The notes under the pieces were generated by a model. The model had not been told where the DNA came from and ran no database searches. It worked only from the letters and a program-made list of their open reading frames with translations. Positions 58,815 to 64,000 of a stretch of 64,000 nt of DNA are shown here, one piece after another. Position 1 is the stretch's first letter, and each line of letters begins with the position of its first letter. Location: sequence record PQ227241.1; one strand, written 5' to 3'. Both the position numbers and the translations under genes were made by a program.

Positions 58815-59255
58815 TTACACATCTGACACATCATCGAACAGATCAAGTTGTTTCCGATTACGTCGTTCTTCTTCTTCGATACGACGATTCTCTTCTTCAA
58901 TCTCTTTCTGCCGTTTGACAAGCCTCCTGTGCAGACTCATTTGCCATGCAGTATCATAACGGCATCGCACTGATTCAATATATTTAAGCCCTACTTCATT
59001 AATGCTCTCAAGAAGATCCAGTGACACAAGTGTCTCCTTGGATGCATTAATGCTAGCCTTAAGATAATGGGCCATTGCTGTTGCTGGATGGAACGGTAGT
59101 TTATCGACATCCATGGTCTTTTGATAAGCTTTCAGTTTATGGATAATAATTCGTCCATAATAGAATTCATAGAGTTTTTCTCTAGAATCCCAAGCAAGCT
59201 TACCGAGTACGGCTCCACTTACCATCCCTAATGTAAGAGATAGCTTAGAGTTCAT
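58815..59255 (-). CDS. N-terminally anchored protein with charged C-terminal coiled coil
   Basis: Start MNSKLSLTLGMVSGAVLGKLAW; tail RQKEIEEENRRIEEEERR. Confidence 0.65.
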   Translation of the reverse strand: MNSKLSLTLGMVSGAVLGKLAWDSREKLYEFYYGRIIIHKLKAYQKTMDVDKLPFHPATAMAHYLKASINASKETLVSLDLLESINEVGLKYIESVRCRYDTAWQMSLHRRLVKRQKEIEEENRRIEEEERRNRKQLDLFDDVSDV

Positions 59256-59562
59256 TGTTAATTGCATCCTTAATCCAGTTACGGATTTTTGATTTAATTC
59301 GATGTTTATCACTGATGGTGTTAAACATATCCAATCCATCATTAATAACGTATATAAGCTCTACTTCAATAAAGTCCGTCATTACTTCCACGGTGGTATT
59401 ATCTGAATTAGATTTGATATAATCGGAATAGTCCTTTACTTTTTCACGGATATTCTTTTCTAATTTAATCTCATTATAAACAGTCACACTGACTTCGAAC
59501 ACATAGATGGTACCAGCCAGCATGAGACCAGTTTTTACAACATTACCGATAATGGAAAGCAT
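59245..59562 (-). CDS. N-terminally membrane-anchored protein
   Basis: GLMLAGTIYVFEVSVTVY segment and an AATAGGA leader. Confidence 0.7.
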   Translation of the reverse strand: MLSIIGNVVKTGLMLAGTIYVFEVSVTVYNEIKLEKNIREKVKDYSDYIKSNSDNTTVEVMTDFIEVELIYVINDGLDMFNTISDKHRIKSKIRNWIKDAINNEL

Positions 59563-59607
59563 GATAATATCCTATTAGTTAATGAATGTAGATTTATTTT
59601 GATTATA

Positions 59608-59769
59608 TTAAAACTTGATATTTAGAACACGTTTAGCTATTATAATACCAACATATACTCCTAGTGCTATCTCCGCATATTTGGTGATGACGTTTTTAAT
59701 CTTCTTATGTTTAGGTGCCTCGGGCACATCCGCGATAAGTTTTTGAAGTTTAACTTTATCAATATTCAT
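59608..59769 (-). CDS. Small membrane protein (53 aa)
   Basis: Start MNIDKV with an AAGGA SD. C-terminal hydrophobic IALGVYVGIII. Confidence 0.6.
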   Translation of the reverse strand: MNIDKVKLQKLIADVPEAPKHKKIKNVITKYAEIALGVYVGIIIAKRVLNIKF

Positions 59770-59877
59770 TTGTATTTTCCTTTTTACGATTAATTGAAGG
59801 TTTAACAAACTCATTCAAATATAATTTTATTATCGTAATTATATTTGAATGGGGCCTCAGTGAGGCCCTATCCATTT

Positions 59878-60216
59878 TTACATCTTACGAACTGTATCGA
59901 ATACTTGATTCGTATAGTCATCGCCATAAATGATCGACAGCTTATTACGAATTACATCCAGTCGATGTTTTTCAATATTGCTCTCAGCAACAGCACTATC
60001 CATTGTCTCAGTCATTGCAGCATTGACGAACATCATGAACTCATCTGATTCACCATACTCTTTTGAAATACTTTTAAACTGATCCCTGAAACCCATGAGT
60101 TTGTCAAAGTTGGCTTTAGTCTCTTTAGCCTTCTTGTAGATAACATACCCAGTTCCAGCCAGTGATGCAGTGGCCAGAAGAAAAGATACACCTTTTGCAA
60201 TCGTATTGAATTTCAT
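59878..60216 (-). CDS. N-terminally membrane-anchored protein
   Basis: GVSFLLATASLAGTGYVIYKK segment and an AATAGGA leader. Confidence 0.7.
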   Translation of the reverse strand: MKFNTIAKGVSFLLATASLAGTGYVIYKKAKETKANFDKLMGFRDQFKSISKEYGESDEFMMFVNAAMTETMDSAVAESNIEKHRLDVIRNKLSIIYGDDYTNQVFDTVRKM

Positions 60217-60250
60217 AATAAATATTCCTATTTACTAATATTAAAACTAT

Positions 60251-60697
60251 TTAATAGTTTCTGAAATGTTCACAAGTCGTTACTTCTTTCAGTCGTTTGA
60301 TGATGTAATCTCGACTTTTATTGAATTGAAGTTTCTTTGCGTCATCCAGTTCATCCCATTGTGTAATTCTGGCCAGTTCAGGAACATTGTCATATTTTGC
60401 TTTGTTAAGTTTTTTAATCATGTCCCATACATAGCAACCTTCGATAAACCACAAAAGACTCGTGTATGTATCCTTGTCAATTAAATTTACTCCATAAAGA
60501 CTAAGGTCAACCTTGGCTTCTTCTGCCATTTTAATGGTTTTCTTATAATTATCAAATACATTGTGGAGGTTATGCTCTTCGCCACTGCTATCACAGTTTT
60601 CAATAGCTTTCATCAACTCCGGAAATGTATCACTATAGAACTTGATCAATTTACGAGTAATCGCCTCTTGCACTTTCTGCTTTTTAGTCTTTGCCAT
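60251..60697 (-). CDS. Hypothetical early protein
   Basis: 148 aa, first gene after the early promoter at 60756, with an AATAGGTGG leader. Confidence 0.75.
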   Translation of the reverse strand: MAKTKKQKVQEAITRKLIKFYSDTFPELMKAIENCDSSGEEHNLHNVFDNYKKTIKMAEEAKVDLSLYGVNLIDKDTYTSLLWFIEGCYVWDMIKKLNKAKYDNVPELARITQWDELDDAKKLQFNKSRDYIIKRLKEVTTCEHFRNY

Positions 60698-60755
60698 TTT
60701 ATTTCCACCTATTTACATTAAGTTGTATGATAATGTTTACAGTATTGTCACAAAT

Positions 60756-60772
60756 GTAATATACTGTTTAAA
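60756..60772 (-). promoter_or_regulatory. phiKZ early promoter
   Basis: Minus strand reads TTTAAACAGTATATTAC. Confidence 0.8.
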
Positions 60773-60795
60773 ATGGTTTGAATATACGACATAAA

Positions 60796-60815
60796 GCCTT
60801 CCCCTGAGGGAAGGC
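60796..60815 (-). terminator. Intrinsic terminator
   Basis: GCCTTCCC/GGGAAGGC stem followed by TTTATGTCGT on the minus strand. Confidence 0.85.
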
Positions 60816-60820
60816 CAATG

Positions 60821-61309
60821 TTAAACCGATGAATCTATCCACGGTGGATAAACAACCACAATCTGGTTAGGCATGTGATTAGACCAATCTTCAATGATAG
60901 TTCTAACATCAGAGAAATCTAATCCACCATTAGCACACCCTAGAGGTGGTATGATAATTTTCCAATCTGGATGAATACAGTCTTCTTCATTTTCCGCAGA
61001 ATCCGATACGTTCTCCATCATCCACTCTAGACCACGTTCAATGAAACTAATTTGAGATGGGTTCCGCCAGTTATCCTTAGTAGGAAACATCATGAAACGT
61101 TTACCATCGGATGCTTTGTAAATAACCGGATTACCAATAGTAATAATTCTCTTTTTGCAATCGTGTTTGTATCTTTCAAAAAGTTCAGGATACTTTTCTT
61201 TAAACGATTTGGCTAAACCAGCGCCCATGACGCCAACAACATTAACAGTGATTAGATAAAGATCACCAGGTACATTGAATATATCTTTACCTATAATAAA
61301 TTCAGCCAT
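60821..61309 (-). CDS. Macrodomain protein, DarG-like ADP-ribosyl glycohydrolase
   Basis: TVN.VGVMGAGLA..FK.KYP, FPTK..WR..S....I..GL and IPPLGC.NGGL....V...I motifs. Probably phiKZ gp104. Confidence 0.88.
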   Translation of the reverse strand: MAEFIIGKDIFNVPGDLYLITVNVVGVMGAGLAKSFKEKYPELFERYKHDCKKRIITIGNPVIYKASDGKRFMMFPTKDNWRNPSQISFIERGLEWMMENVSDSAENEEDCIHPDWKIIIPPLGCANGGLDFSDVRTIIEDWSNHMPNQIVVVYPPWIDSSV

Positions 61310-61389
61310 GATAATGGCTCCTTCTACAAGAGTACTAATGAGAAGATCAAAACATAGACCTTCTCATTAGATTGGGTGCATTTCCAGGC

Positions 61390-61782
61390 TTATTGGATTT
61401 CTGGATTAGCGTTGTAGAAGCCAATATAAGCCTTATTAAATTTCAAGTAATAATTATACTCTGAAGGCTCACCAGTTATTTCCCTAAATACCTTAGCAGT
61501 TATAACTTCGAACTTAGAACGCCGTAGCATTGGGAATAATTTCTTACTGCGCGATAGCTCACACAATCTAATCGAGATAGCTTGATCTTTAAATAAACCT
61601 GATTTAGTAAAGAAAGCACCTTCATGAAGCCATTGAATTACTTCATTGAAGTCTGCGCGCCATTTCTTATGCTCATTTAAAGTTTTACCATTTATAAGAT
61701 ACCATAAAGCTCTAACTTTAGATCCAATAGTAAAAATACCTATTACCATTACTGCTAGACATATAGCAATTATAAATGACAT
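61390..61782 (-). CDS. Membrane-anchored hypothetical protein
   Basis: GGAGG SD before MSFIIAICLAVMVIGIF (the ORF track start at 61866 is over-extended). Confidence 0.7.
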   Translation of the reverse strand: MSFIIAICLAVMVIGIFTIGSKVRALWYLINGKTLNEHKKWRADFNEVIQWLHEGAFFTKSGLFKDQAISIRLCELSRSKKLFPMLRRSKFEVITAKVFREITGEPSEYNYYLKFNKAYIGFYNANPEIQ

Positions 61783-61790
61783 ATGTCCTC

Positions 61791-61916
61791 CTAAATACCA
61801 TTGAAGATTAAAGTTCCTATTAGTGAGAGAATGAATAACACGACCACATGATGAAGTTTTATCCATGTTTCAGGTACTACCGGTTGTTTAGGTTTATTTA
61901 AAGGGATGTTTTCCAT
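61791..61916 (-). CDS. Unannotated 41-aa membrane peptide (MENIPLNKPKQPVVPETWIKLHHVVVLFILSLIGTLIFNGI)
   Basis: GGAG SD, first ORF after an early promoter, C-terminal TM helix. Its stop abuts the SD of the next gene. Confidence 0.7.
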   Translation of the reverse strand: MENIPLNKPKQPVVPETWIKLHHVVVLFILSLIGTLIFNGI

Positions 61917-61943
61917 GTATATACTCCACATTAGTTCATATGT

Positions 61944-61960
61944 GTAATATACTGTTTAAG
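61944..61960 (-). promoter_or_regulatory. phiKZ early promoter
   Basis: Minus strand reads TTAAACAGTATATTAC, near-identical to the copy at 60756. Confidence 0.8.
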
Positions 61961-62402
61961 ATCTTTCAAATACACCTTTCCAATTAGTAGGTCTTGGATA
62001 GGACCTAGGTAGTGATTCAGAATGTATAATGAATCCCTCGATATCCCCTTCTTTTGTTTTAACAGCAACTATATCTTTGATAATACCTTTTATTTGTAAT
62101 AAGCTATTCATAATCTCACGATAGAGTTGATCAAATCTATTTGCAATGATATTAGGATTTATTGGATAACCACAAATTGATTTATAGAAACTACACATTA
62201 CATCATTGTATCTATCTGGAACACATGTCCAAAAGAAATTATGTCGTTCTTTAATATAAAGAATGATCAAGTAGTTAAGATCATCTTCATCTTTTGCGGT
62301 ATAATTAAAGTATTGTTTTAATTCAGAAAAGAATTGTTGTGACCACCTCACATCAACTCGTATAAATAGTTGTTCCATAATACACCTAAATAAACCCTCC
62401 AC
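61956..62402 (-). CDS. Hypothetical protein (likely start MEQLFI)
   Basis: ORF downstream of gp101 with a TAGGTG SD before an internal ATG. Confidence 0.65.
   Translation of the reverse strand: MEGLFRCIMEQLFIRVDVRWSQQFFSELKQYFNYTAKDEDDLNYLIILYIKERHNFFWTCVPDRYNDVMCSFYKSICGYPINPNIIANRFDQLYREIMNSLLQIKGIIKDIVAVKTKEGDIEGFIIHSESLPRSYPRPTNWKGVFERS

Positions 62403-64000
<1,598 letters not shown>

Overview
This window is a 64 kb segment of a phiKZ-like Pseudomonas jumbo (nucleus-forming) phage, AT-rich and densely coding. It runs in the opposite orientation to the standard phiKZ map, from about gp164 down to about gp100. The identification rests on the phiKZ gp144 endolysin, the 747-aa major capsid protein gp120, nvRNAP subunit gp123, vRNAP subunit gp149, DnaB-like gp118, UvsX gp152, RNase H gp155, portal gp129 and the gp131-135 fibre family. 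gp numbers are from my recollection of the phiKZ annotation and should be confirmed by BLAST. The left 51 kb is mostly virion, lysis and replication genes; the right 11 kb is a block of small early/accessory genes. The most striking signal is not in the ORF track. The major capsid gene ends in Pro-UGA and the same frame continues for 26 more codons (AGKGYRYLENGTIRYLEDGNARKLEE) before the terminator. This peptide is a triple RxLE(N/D)G repeat that matches the C-terminus of gp143. An approximately 23-bp RNA hairpin starts 8 nt after the UGA. Together these point to programmed stop-codon readthrough making a minor, C-terminally extended capsid protein with a docking tag. Other leads are a hairpin-dense non-coding region near the helicase operon, a DarG-like macrodomain, an orphan XRE-HTH antitoxin-like gene, two spanin-like pairs, 2OG-Fe(II) oxygenases in the fibre operon, a conserved terminator family and several unannotated small ORFs. 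I saw no tRNA, rRNA, CRISPR array, intron or IS element.
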